Assembly: GCF_964204645.1 (NCBI RefSeq) | Contig: NC_134027.1 | Coordinates: 806,001-870,000, forward strand | From: Tubulanus polymorphus | Taxonomy: Eukaryota; Animalia; Nemertea | Length of the DNA stretch: 64,000 nucleotides | Reading direction: 5' to 3' | Shown here: positions 13,229-26,154 of the stretch, piece after piece | How the letters are laid out: each line of letters begins with the position of its first letter | Position numbering within the stretch: the first letter of the stretch is position 1 | Made by a program: the position numbers and the translations under genes | Notes under the pieces: model-generated | Told to the model about the DNA's origin: nothing | Database searches by the model: none | Seen by the model: only the letters and a program-made list of their open reading frames with translations

Positions 13229-15202
13229 AGGCTGATTGCTTCAGTATAGGTTGAATGTAAATATACATTGTACATCTATTGAAAAATAAATATGAATTGA
13301 TGGTTTGATTGGCTGGTTAGTTGTTGAATCTGATTGTGGGTTATTAATTACTGATGTGCTGCGACTTTGCGTTTTTAATGCATACATTTCAAAGGGTTTC
13401 TCTTGTTTTTGTTGAGCTGGTTGAATTATTTTGTAAATGATAATTGAGGATGTCAAACTTTGGTTTAGAGTTTTGTTACAGTTATGAATGAATGCACTGT
13501 ATATGTGGAGATTATATACTTGTGACTTTTATGTTGTTTTTGTAAATATATTTATTTCTTTAAAATGATTGTTTTTGTGTTGCATCTCATTCTGACGATG
13601 TTAAACTCTTAACTCAAGATACTCAGTTTGCTCTGGACTTGTTTGATTATTATATTGATGAATACATTGATTTTATGGTGTTTGATTATCTGTTGAACTA
13701 TTGTTTATGAATACCATTTGAACTACTAACCACTAGTTGTTTTAACATCAGTATCATTAGTGGTCAGTTGTTCTCTACAAATTATTTGTGTTATTTTTTC
13801 TTTATATAATGAACGGTGGACTCTCTTAACTAGAATCATTTCAAGTCCAGTTACTTTTATCTTGGAGTAATGATTCTCCAAGCTTACATCAACTCGGACA
13901 TAAACCCATTGAACTATTGCATTGAAATTCTTTTATCTGTGGGTGACAATTATCACCTTGTCTTAATTCATTCGAGTTAGTCAAGTCTATTGTACATGGA
14001 TTCTTTTTCCTCTGGAAGTGAATTAGATGAACAGGACGACAGTTGAACCTCATTGATACGATTAAGTTTACGATCAGATTTCCAGCATGTCCCGGCTAAT
14101 TTACATCGATCCATATTTTGATAATACGACAATTTCACTTTCAATCATGAGATTTGTATTTAAGGATCTACTGAAGGTAACTAAGGATCTACTGAAAATG
14201 AGGAGCAATCTGCAGCAGCTTGGCACTACCCTATCTGCTGAGGATACTCCAGTACCCACCCATACCCTTCAGACACTCGTTTAGACTTTAGACCTTCTAC
14301 AGAATCTGACGTACTCGCTCTTCAAACACAGCTTGAACCCTCCACCCAACCCCTTTCAGATAGAATGTCCGGGGTCCAGGCAACAGATCGACACCTTTCT
14401 CTCGGCTTGGAGTGCAGACCGATCTTGTCTGATTACTCTAAGGTCTCAGAGACTTTCATTTATTTGACTATTTATGCAGCTATCAACCTGCATTTTGGAC
14501 ACTAATTCCACCATTAATGGAATAATTAATTTGTCTTTTCGCAGTTGTTTCCTTAAATACATTCTGTACTACACTGAAAAATAACTGTGTCAGGTACGAA
14601 CTCCATCGATAGTTTCTCGAGCTGTTTCTGATAGGCCCTGATGCTGAAGTAGACGATGAGCTGGGGTGTCCCAGTAATTATTCAGAGTGGTCCTGATGCA
14701 GACAAAAAGGACATGTAAAGGTGTTCTGGGTTCGAACGTAGATACCACTTATATTGGGAATGATCCTAATGTTGAAATGAAGTTAAATAGGACTGTACGA
14801 TACAATTATACATATGACTATTATCGCCACCTATTGGAATTTCGATAAACTATCAAATAGCTAGAATTAACCGTTGTAAATATTCGTAATGTACCGCATT
14901 TCACAAGCGCCATCTATCGGAATATGGAATAAAATGTCTACAAACGTAGTGGAGTGGTGGGTTCGAACCCATGGCATTGATTCAGAGGGCCGACTCTTTC
15001 ATCACAGCCGGATTGATATCTAAATAATCCGGGGATTTTGCACACGTTCCGCAACTTATTTCATCAGTAGTGAATGGAAGCAGTTTATATCAACACGAAG
15101 AGAATATTTCTAGATTTAATTTACGTCTCATTCGCTGAAAGTTTTACTGATGAATTCATTCAAATTTAACACAATAGGAAAATCAAATGGTTGAAAAGTC
15201 AG

Positions 15203-16073
15203 ATGTTTAATTACAACATTACGACTACATTGGCAACACGTCGATTCAACTGGTGTCTGGGACATCAAGCTCTTCCTGTTAAATAGGTATACAACAAGTT
15301 CACACTGTTATAACTTACTTATGCTCGTATCTACCGGCGTCAGTACTGGGTTTGATATTCCAACGCATTCACGCTGTTAGTTCTAAAACGATTTAAATCT
15401 GATGTTTATTTTCTCATCAAAATTCTCTCTTTATACGATCTTTTTTTATGATCGCCACATTCATTCTGTATCCGCTGAGAATTGCGTACATTTACGGGTA
15501 AATGTTAGATCCTATAACCTAGTCGTACACAAAATGGCGGCTTTTTTCAATTGATAAGATCAGAAGGATTAGTATCAAGAGGGTTTAGGGTTAGGGTAAG
15601 GTGAGGGTTAGGGTAAGTTGAGGCGTTAGGGTAGGGTAAGGTTAGGCTATAGGGTTAGGGTTAGGTGAGGCGTTAGGGTTAGGTGAGGCTTCACAGCTTA
15701 TTACTTTAAGGTAGCGTAGGACTGTAGTTATAAAACCTAAGAACCGGCAAGCTAGCATTGCTAGCGCCGTTCACAGCTCGGTGTAACTGATGAATCGTCT
15801 AGAAGGGAAATGAGGGTTTTAAGAATGGTTTTAACAGTAATTTTATTGTTTATTATTTGTGAAGGATTTAGTTTTATCGGCCGTATCGTTGGTTTCGGAC
15901 GACGTGGTATCCCTAACGTTCCAGGCTTGAGACAAATATCGTTAGGATTTTCTATCATTGATTCATCAGTGAACTTTATCGTGTATTGCGCGACAAATGA
16001 TAAATTCAGAAAAGTAGCAATTGATATTTTAAACTCATTGTGTGAGACACGATGTGAGACACGAGCGCAGTAA
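15203..16073 (+). pseudogene. Class-A GPCR pseudogene, paralogue of the 50574-51668 receptor
   Basis: ATG at 15203 (MFNYNITTT...PVK*; TGG>TAG relative to the paralogue). Homology runs to 15496, a ~480-bp internal segment is missing, and homology resumes at 15768 (RSQLGVTDESSRREMRVLRMVL...DSSVNFIVYC). Confidence 0.92.
15497..15767. mobile_element. ~270-bp insertion with degenerate (TTAGGG)n core and terminal hairpins; possible non-autonomous Helitron/Helentron-like element
   Basis: Absent from the intact paralogue. TTAGGG/GTGAGG/GTAAGG run at 15581-15690. Hairpins CATTTAC-GG-GTAAATG at the left junction and GCTAGCA-T-TGCTAGC at 15751-15765. The class assignment is inference. Confidence 0.6.
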
Positions 16074-17284
16074 ATGAAGCTGTTGTGTCCAGCGTAGACG
16101 GTGAACGCGTACAACATCACCCACACCTTCTATATTAAACCGTATACGTCCATAAAGACGTCCTATTACGAATCTCGCGGTACGCATCTTCACCCGTCAA
16201 GGGATTCGAACCCACAACGCTAAAGCTGTTCCCCGAACCCCTTGACCTCACGAGTCGTTGGAGTCGTTACTAGCCGACCATCGTACCAATCCGGTCGTAC
16301 CAATCGCAACAGCGCCAGTAATGAAATCACGCTTCGTGAGGCCAGGGGGCTGGTGGAAGCGAGTTCGGGAGTGATACCGGACCCCTGGCAAGCGAGGATG
16401 GGTATAACGATGATATCGAACTGAATCCGAGCCGGAATAGTCCCTACACTGACCACTCATATGCAAGATGACCAAATAGGTCAGTTTTTGGTATCAGTTT
16501 GTAACATGTACGACAAAAGGTCTCCATGAGACTCCATGAAACAGCACCGCTAATAGAATGCAGTTTTATTCCTAGGAGAGATGGGTCCAATGTACTAATT
16601 AAAAGGAAAAGCTAACATATTGCGTGACCTTTCAGCGAGTCTGCTGGACGGAAGAAAAACGAATAAAACAATGAAACTTCATGAATATATTTATGTTGTA
16701 TTTAATGATTAGAATGAAATGGACGGAATGGATTTCCTTAATAACTAGAATCACTTGTATCTGCTGCCACAGTTTCGAGGTTGTACCTAACTCTTCGCTT
16801 AGTGTGTTTACACTATAATCGTGGAGGGTTGTAGAGCACTTTCATTCGTTCGGATTATTTGATAAAACCCTATTGGATTGTTCATTGAATCTAATGACGA
16901 GGCCACGGACTTTGAAGTGTTGCCCGCACACTGTAAGCAGTCAGCGGGACTCGAACCTACTTATCACTCATCTCGATACTGATTCAGAGCGGTCCTGATG
17001 CTGAATAGAGGATGTACATGGGTGTTCCGGCCGTACGGTGCTGCCGCTATGCTCATCGTTAGCGGAATTTTCATACACTAACTAAAGTCACGTCTGGCAA
17101 TCGATGTGCCCTCCGTAAGCGTAGCTTGCCAGAGTTGATTACCGTTAGTGTATGAAAATCCCGCAAACGATGAGCATAGCGGCAGCACCATACGGTGAAT
17201 GTTTATATCTTAACAAAAGCGATAACGCCGACAAAATATGTAACGGTACTGTAACAATTAGCACATTAAATTATTCCATTCATT

Positions 17285-20200
17285 TCATAATAAAGTTATT
17301 TGACTTCGTCCGTCTGCGCTATCGTGCGTCGTTGATATATATGTATTTCTACTTAAATATTCATTTTGTTCATTTTCTTTGATAAGTTGTTGGGCTATCA
17401 TAAAACCCGTGGGCCTCTGGGCACTGCGCACTCGCGGTCCATCATCCGTTAAACGCGTATTATACTCGGGCGTCGAAGAGCGAAAACTTAAACACGAATC
17501 CGTGACGTCATCGGAATCGGCGTCGTCTAACGTGACGTCATCGGTTAATGCCGAAGCGTCATGAATTTCGCCGTCTGCGTCATAGGAATTGTTACCGAAA
17601 GGGACATCTATTTCAGATCCGTCCAAATTGTATTCGGTGTCATTGATTTCGCGGTGTTTAAAGTTTGAACGGTTCAAAGCCCGATGCATGGCGTTAGGTA
17701 AACTGTATTCTGAAGTCCACGTTGAGACGCTACACAAACTGTCCTCGTTATGAGACACATCAGCATCGTTGCTTAAAACGCTAGTGTTTAATTCGCTACA
17801 GGATAAAGAGCGACGTTTTAAGATACTGACTTCGTGCTCTTTTTCGAGTTGATGAAGTCTAGAGCGACAGTGTTCGTTTTCTTCCGCCATTTTCTCTATA
17901 GTCCGTTTCAGAATTCCTTTAGGCGGACTCATAGCTGCTTCAAGCGAAGTTTCTGAAAGTCCTGAAATCTGCGCAAAACTTTTGTCGCTGTCACAGTTAC
18001 TGGCGAAGATGCTTTCTATTTTAGTTTTCTTCATTATCTGACTGGTTTCGGGCCCGGTTTCGCCAGTATTAGCATCGGTAGTTGTAAGGTGAATATTTTG
18101 GTCGGAATTTCGTCGTTTGGGAGAAGAGGTTCCAACAATGTCATCTGACCGGAAGCAGGAAGTTAGTCTCCTAGGTAACGGAGCAGCCGAACCACGACGA
18201 CGCGCAGGCGTCAAATGACTATTTAATTCGCTATAATGACTAGAGAACGAGGTATCAGAGAAATCGCTGTTGAAATTTTCAACCGAATGACTCCGACGGA
18301 TTGGAGAGTTCCTTTGTTGCCTGCAAGATGAACATGCCGATCTGGTTAAGGATTCGTTTCGCTGTTTCGCTCGGCGATAATCGCGTTTCGCTGTCGAAAG
18401 TTGTTTTTCTAAATCGTTAATTTTCGACGTCAACATCGAAATCATTACGTTCAATTTGGCGGTACAGTCCGTTTCTAAATCTTTGAATTTCCTTTCGATG
18501 TTTTCTTTGTCGGATTTCTCTCGTTTATAAAGCGAGCGATATCGTTTCGCTAACAGCGTCATTTTATCGAGATTTTCCTGTAACGTCGGGTCGGAGCACG
18601 GTGGACTTTGATAAACGGAGATACCGCTATCGGACGAGGTACACTGAGGTATCGGATCGTTTCGCGGGGTAACTGTAGAAATGCAGCTGTTACAGGCGCA
18701 GCTGCATTGGCATTCGTTCTGCATCTGCGGCACTTCCATTTCCTCAAAGTTCAAACGACAGCGCGTCGCTTGTCGAATCTGCGTTCGTTCGTCATTCGAC
18801 TCTACGCTACGATATTCCACTTTCGACACTCTCGCGCTCATTTCAGAACATTGCGACGACGAATCGAATGAGTTTCGTCTTTCGATATCCGACGATAGAT
18901 ATAATACATCAGACGCGCTTCTCGATTCATAAGACATTCGATTAACGCGATTTGGCATTCGCTGACTTCTTCGTCGACGCTGGTCGTGATGACGATAATT
19001 TCTACCGTCTCCGACGTCGCTGATACTGCAGCGCCGTCTATAGCCGTCGTCAGGACGAAAGAATTCGTCGCTTTGAGTCGAAGTCGTATCAGATTCGCGA
19101 TATTCGTCAATTCTATATTCGATAACGCTTGAAGATTGGTTCGCAGTCGTCTCTGCGCCGAGTGACGATAACTCGCTGAATTCTTGTATCGTTACGTCGT
19201 CAGATAGAATACATTCCAATCCGAACTGAGCATCGTAAAACCCTACAACGAAATACATTCAAATGTTAAAATCAATTTCAAGCAAAAATCAAATAACGAT
19301 TTTACACGTTAAAGTTTCACTGAGAACCTTAGTGTCAGTGGTATATCGCTAACGCGACCCCTGTCGGCAATTTCGACGTAAAATAACGACTACGTGACTG
19401 GGTGGGTGGTTCACGCGAGCTCTTTAGTATAGGCAGTATACGGAGCTCCGCGAACCGGCCATTCTCAGGACTGGGTGAAGTTAAAGTCAGCAGGATCAGC
19501 CAGTCGGTCATAAGTTGTTGAAATCGAGCCGGATCCAGTTCACAATTTCTGCGTTAACTTACTGAAAGTTAACTTGAGTCTTAAGTCACAACTGAGGAAC
19601 TGAATCCTGGTGGATAAAATATAGTAGTGACAATCTTGTTCGGCCACCAGTTAAAAGAGATATAGCCAACGAGAAGCCGAGGTCGTGCATGTGACGTCAT
19701 GGTTTTTGCCTGTGACGTCGTCAGGTCTTTGCTGATTATTGTTGGAGACTTGCCAAACATAACAAAAAAGGATAATCAGTGGATTTACAAACTCCAGGGG
19801 TCTTTCACATGAATCACTTATTGTGTTTGACCATCAATAGATGGCGTAGTAAGTCACGTGGAAAAAGCGCATGGCTGCAGGGCCATAGAACCGCTCTGCT
19901 TCAACTAACTCACCGTCATCAATGTCCATATCGGTCGGCCATGTTTGAATCTGTCTCTGTAAGTCAGCGAAACTGGGTCTGATTTGTGGAACAGCGTATA
20001 AACAAGCTTGCATTAACTGATCGACTGCGTGCCACATTAAACTGTCATTAGGCCATTTATAATTATGAATCTGAAAATTGGATGGTAAAAAATTACACAG
20101 TTACATAAGCGTTCATTAGTTAGTTTTACAAAAGCGAGTGATTAAGTCACTCACTGTGGTGACTGTCACCCTGGGGATTTCGGCAATTTTTGTTTTTTTC

Positions 20201-23200
20201 TGTTGTGATGTCAAGTGACGCTATAATCATTATTTAAAAAAAACCACTATGGATATAAAGTTAGGTTTGTTCAGTGCGCACATTAAAGTGGTTTTCATCC
20301 AGTAGGATCAGATTTAATCGTAAAACGAGAGGTTTTAACAAATTTTGAGTTCGTCGTGAATTCCCGTGTATCGAGAGGCGCTGTGATTGAGGTAAGAATT
20401 TATTTGGAATAGCAAAACATTTACTTGGATTCTCTTAACGAAAAAACCCAAGAAGGAAAAGACTAAGATTCTAGATACATTCCGGCTGTAGCATTTTGCT
20501 GGTCTTGTTTCATTGTTACAACTGTTCTTGCATATCAAATCAGTTTTGAAAATGGCTCATTGTCAGTCTAAACGTCTATACATCTTTCTCGTAAGCGTTG
20601 TACATTAGACGATATGATAAATAGTCACCGAACAGCCTGTATAGACTCAAGTCCCATTTCTGGACCCGGATTCACGTAAGTTAAATTTCAACCAACCCGG
20701 GTCCTGTTACGTAAATTATGGTATATTTACCTTAGAAATAGTGAGCGAACCACTTTTACTGTTTGAATCACAGAACATCGTCCATAATATCAAACCAAAC
20801 GCCCAAACATCAGAGGTTGAAGCACTCGTCTGTCCTTCAACCAACTCGGGTGGACAAATTAGAACTTTAGTTTTACTTATGAATTTGTCCGGTAAAGGTT
20901 CCTTGTCCTCTTCAAATCTGGAATTGAAATTGGGAATTCATCAGAACGTCGAATGTGGAAGACAAAATTATGACAAGGGAAATAAATGGCTGGGATACCG
21001 CAAAAAGACGCTTTAGTAGATTTAACATCGTTGTAAGAAACGGATGAAAATATTTTCAGTTGAATCCTTGAAATCGATTATTCTAATCAACATCGCGCTT
21101 CGATTATTCATAATCACAAAATTACGTCTTAAGTTTCTGGTAACTTTCATTCATTCGAGCTCTTAATTTTTCTGATCATTTCATTCAATCGTTTAATGCG
21201 TGATATTTAAATGAATGACTCGTTAGAAACCCCCGTTGATAATTTCTACAAATCGTGTCGAGAGAGTTGTGCGTATAGCGTGTTGCCTCCCGTCATGTTA
21301 CCCGGCAGACGACACGCTATTTTACCGCATGGGACTCTCTACTCCACTACGGTGAATATACAATCGTACCGTGCGTGCGTGTGATACACGAATTGAAGAG
21401 AAAATTCCTCTCAACCCGGGGACACTTACCTGGCATAATGAAAACCCGCGATTCTCACAGTTCCCGAACTTTTGTCGACAAAACAATTCTCAGTAGTCTA
21501 GAAAAAATAAACCCGGTGTTAAAGGTGATGTTTATTTAGATGTTTTCAAGGTCGATTGTTTTCAAGGTCGAATAAATGTTTATGAACCCACGACCCCCAG
21601 CTTGACAAAAAACCTTGACTCACGAATTAAATCAAGTTCTTCTTTAATTCTGTATATCTGGAATCGATTCAGGGGTTAACCCGTTTTGTGAAACTGGGCC
21701 ATGGGTTAGGGGCACATTTTTGTCTTGAATTGTGAAATTTGGGCACGAGCTGAAATGAATCGTTTAGTTTACGGGACATGTTATAAACCTACCAGTTCGT
21801 TATGGACGATGCCCCGTTTCTCGATGTAAACCATCGCGTTACAGATTTGTTTAGCGAATGAAAGTAGTTCGTTAGGTTTGTCTAAACGACTGCGACCTCG
21901 TTCGCGTAGGTATTCCTGAAGGGTTACTACAGAAAAAAACAAACAGAAAATGTAGAGAAAAATATGAGAAAAAAAGGAGTTTCAAATGGTTCACCTTTGA
22001 TAGAGCCGAGTCGCTGTGGCGATAATATACAAATTCCCAACAGTATTCATGAAGATGACTATATATATATATATATTGTCGAAATGTTGGAGAAACTACA
22101 CTAACTCAAGGAAACACTTTTGGAATATATTTTAATTTTTTAAATGTGGGATTTTTTTATATATCAGTTAAAATGGTATTTCTAAAGCTTAAAAATTCTG
22201 ATGGAAAAATCTCCAAACAGCAACAAGAAGTAAATCAGGAACGAAATTTTGAAACTAAAATTCTTACCATTTCCAGGGTTTTTAAGAACGACACACAATC
22301 GTGAATCGATGAAGCCGATTCCTTGTAGTTTAACAATGTTTTCATGTTCCAAACATCTAAAAAGATTATTCTAAAACATTTCACACGATGATCGCTGATA
22401 ATTGAAGATGGTTCCAGTGTAGAATTTAGAGATTTGTAACTTACGCGAATAAAGGAATTTGTTTCTGCAAAAGTTTTTCATCCGATTTTCTAGATTTATT
22501 TTTCATACAATAAACCGTGACGTCACCTTTGTTCTTCAAAGATCCGGGTCTGACATTCTGAAATATCAAATCATAATACAAGGTATTGTCGTCAATTGCA
22601 TTAGATAGTGAATTTTCTGATGGAAACCGACATGGCAGCCCAACACGAATTATGGAATTTTTTCTACAATTGTTTTTCGCATAATATCCTGGACTTCTTC
22701 GTTTTCACCAACAGTTGGAATGATTCTCAATTCAAACAATAGTCAAGAGGAAAAAGAACATTGCTACAAGACCTCAGTCTTCAGAAGTGAGAATATCGTC
22801 GTTCCAGTCGTAGAGACCCGCTGATAGAAACCCTAGCTTTAATGACACAGATTGTGGACAGCCTGTAGTCTATGCTATCATTGATCTATTTATTGATATA
22901 TCAATATTTATTGATTGCCTGAGAGATATGCCTTACCCATGGAAACCGATCTTCCAATCTATAACTGTTCTGTACTGCTATATTTGACACGTCCAACAAC
23001 AGTAATCTGTTGATGCTTTCGGTAAGAGGGTATTTCTCCAATTTCAGACCTAGAGAAGAAAAGAAATTTCATTTTTGAGACTACCTGAGCGTATCATAAA
23101 ACCATGAAATTCGACAAGTTCTTGTTTAAGTACTATTTGGATTAAAAAATTGAAAATGAATTGATTCTAAAGTCAAACTTGAGTCAAACTTAACCAAAAA

Positions 23201-23872
23201 CATGGCTTCCTTTTTTAATGTTTGTGATTTTGAATTTAACGATTTAAAACTCTGTTGGAGCCCGAATTCCAACCGGTTTCTTCCCAAAATCCTTACCTTC
23301 TTCATCACCACGGCAATAATCCAGTAATTCTTGTATTGTTGCGAATCTTCGTCTGTTGTTTATATAAAATCGTCTGCTATCTGTTTTATGTATGAACACG
23401 TGATCAATCGACTGACTAGTCCTAGAATGATGAATAAATTAAACATAAATATTTTATGGTATAAAATGATTCCAAAGCCAAATTCACGAAAGCCTTTCAT
23501 AAATTTGGCCCCAGTGCCACGTGGTTATTCGTTAAGATAAATCATAGTTCATTCCAAATGATTTCATCGATCTTATCTGAGACTGTGCAACCGGATTCGA
23601 GATTTACTAACTTAGACTTACCAATGAGATAATATGTATTTCTTTTTATACGTTCGTACTAGAAAACTTCCCTCGCCCTGAAATACGAATTTACAATTTC
23701 AAAACATTTTTAGATTTATACACCGCTTCGTTTTTTGTGGATATTGGGCGCTAAGAATATGATTATTGAAAGAGTCGACACGCGTAGATAGGCTTACCTC
23801 TTGTTTAAGAGCTGATACAGCTAAACTTTGAGGTAATTCTCGATAAAACCACGGCTCTTCGCTGATATCCAT
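17285..23872 (-). CDS. SH2-domain CSK-like tyrosine pseudokinase with long Ser/Arg-rich coiled-coil C-terminal tail (~1024 aa, 11 coding exons)
   Basis: Phase-consistent GT-AG exons: 23872-23798, 23677-23622, 23421-23297, 23049-22937, 22557-22445, 22356-22268, 21926-21793, 21497-21430, 20917-20731, 20070-19914, 19242-17285 (3075 nt in total). SH2 motifs: PWFYRELPQSLAVSAL, GEGSFLVR, HVFI, FATIQELLDY. Kinase-fold motifs: LEHENIVKLQG, LQEYLRERGRS, QICNAMVYIEKRGIVHNEL, CPPE, SDVWAFGLILW, LMQACLYAVPQIRPSF. Confidence 0.9.
22044..22125 (+). mobile_element. Degenerate Penelope-like terminal fragment with decayed minimal hammerhead motif, lying in a pseudokinase intron
   Basis: TATTC-ATGAAGA-T-GAC-(TA)n-GTC-GAAATGTT followed by AAACTACA...CTCAAGGAAACA, homologous to 33413-33490. 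Confidence 0.6.
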
Positions 23873-26154
23873 CACTTCTATTGACTTCTTATGAACCAAA
23901 CCGTATCGTTCATGACTGAAATTGAAATAGATAGAGTTGTAATGAAAATGACCAAGAGAACAAACACCCAGTTCCACAGAGATTTAACTTTTAAGTGAAG
24001 ATGAACCTCAACCTTTACGGGCAAAAACTAACAAGAAAATTTAGAAAAATTGGCATTTAAGTGTAACATTTCACTAAATAAGTGCCAAGACCTACGGCGC
24101 GACAGTATGAAATCATTTTAGGTGCTGTTTTTATTCTATTACTCAGAAGGCTATCAATTTGCAGTCGAATTTATTTTTACACAATGTAACGTATTGATTG
24201 GATGTCATAGTACACTAACACCCTCGCAATCTCGCCTCAGGTTACTCTCCACAATACAAAGATTCAATTTTAAACATTTTTGTAACGGAAAAAAATCGGA
24301 AATCGAAATTACCTGTTGACAGTAACAGCCCACCACATATCAGAATCAGTCGTGTTTGTTATCAGTATCTTCTCGCCCTTGAATTAGATAAAACGCCACA
24401 AAATAAACAAGTGTAACATTTTAAAAAATGCTATTTTTATATGGCAGGTGTAATTATTTTCTAAAGGCCTCAGCCCTCAGTGAGTTCGGAGTCGAAAACG
24501 TGTGAATTTTACTAATGCGTTTAGCCACCTTTAATTATCTAAATACAAGTGTAAACACTTGTGGTCCTGTTCAAGAATTCGGTCTATTAAATAATCCTAA
24601 TTCGGGGCATGTAATCCGGCAAACCGCAAAATCATAAAACGCAAGCACCGCGCGCAACGACCATATTCATTAGAATAACAACGCCGTGGTGCGTCGTGCA
24701 ATTTATAAAAAGCGAAATTATTGACGATCAATGAAAGTATTTCATACTAAAGTGTGTAAATAAACCATGAATAGAAACTATTACAATTCAATATTAGTTG
24801 TATTATTAATATCACAGCGGTGCGGTATATTTGTTAAGGCACCTGTTCTGCTTTAGACTCTCGTTTTGACCTACCTTCACTAGTTCGAGTTGTTTGCCTG
24901 ATGAGGTGTTTCTCTGCTGTGAGTTCGCACCAGTCGCTACTGCTAAAAATCCGTGGAATATGTTCGAGTCCATCATCATGTCCATACGCTAAAAATATGA
25001 AAACTCCACATTGAATCACAATCGAAAACTATGAAAATTCGGCGATGAAAAAATAGCCTTTGCACCTGAATGCAAAATGGCTCTGAGAGGGAATGCTTTC
25101 AAACATAATACTTTCATAATCAATAGTAAAGTTTAGTTGTAATAGTGCCGGTCCATTAAAGCGCACTTAAATCCAATAAAAATAGTTTTTATAATTGAAG
25201 CCCATAAAATGAAATCGTTTCTGGTTGACACACGTCAGGCTGTTGTTGGGAATTTTAGTAAATTTCTGTGTCAATGGCTTCGCTTTGTAAAATCAAATAC
25301 CAATTTTGAATGCTTCGATTTCCTAGTCGAATCTGATTCGTACATATCATAAAATGAAACTGGGTCCAGAATCGATCCAGAACTTAACACGATGCTATTT
25401 TTGTTGCATACAAGATATAATGTGTCGACTTGTCTGATAAGGCGACTTTGAACCAGGTTTGGCTATATATTTTCGAGAAGAACGTCTGTCTTTGTTCGGG
25501 CGTTCACAGATATTTATAGGAAGTTAAGATAACGATGAGACTGCCCATCCGTGAAGCCTTATACACTCAAAACACACGACTTAACTTTCTTGAGAGTTTG
25601 CGCGCGGGTTATTGAAGTGTCCGCTAATGGCGCTGACAAATATTGACTTAATCAAATATTTAAGATGTCTTCCCTTTCAACGATACAATCTTAACTATCG
25701 AATGACCAATACAAGATTCAACCACGCGGTAAATTCAACTTTCTCTAAATAGCTTACAATTAGTTAGTTTCTAGTCATCTAGTCATTAAGTCCAAACGAA
25801 TGCGCGGTGTGGCCGTATGTCAATATTGATTCTCCATACTTCAAGATGAATAGTTGCGACTCGTACGGTCGGACGACCGTTTATTGGAGAAAGTTGTTAT
25901 TGTGGAAAATCCAGATAGAAGAAATGGGGCCAGTTCCTCTTTATATGGCGTTACTAGTAGAGACAGGTTTCTCTCCCGCGGCTGCTGCTGCTTGAAAAGT
26001 GTGTGTAACAAAAATGATGATCACTTGCCCCGTTTCCCAGTCTCCTGCTCTGATGACAGATGCAGAAGAGATGAACCCGCATCTATCTCCAGCATCCAAA
26101 TTGTTCTCTTGGTAACAAAGCCCGCACTCCGCTATCAACCCCAGTAATACATAG

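Noticed and set aside
15581-15690. True telomere or chromosome fusion site
   Set aside because: Short, degenerate, single orientation and embedded in an insertion within a pseudogene.
16195-16300. tRNA gene on the minus strand
   Set aside because: Only a B-box/T-arm (GGTTCGAATCCC) is recognisable and there is no cloverleaf; probably a SINE remnant.
16760-16810. Minus-strand hammerhead-like GAG...CTC-GAAAC
   Set aside because: The core reads CTAAGCGA and stems I and III do not pair.
17285-19258. Stand-alone 657-aa protein starting MYFVVG
   Set aside because: The ATG lies in the intron's acceptor region (TTTCGTTGTAG). The ORF joins in phase to the upstream kinase exon.
20335-20570. Extra pseudokinase exon
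   Set aside because: The frames I checked after the candidate acceptor hit stops, and the flanking exons already join in phase.
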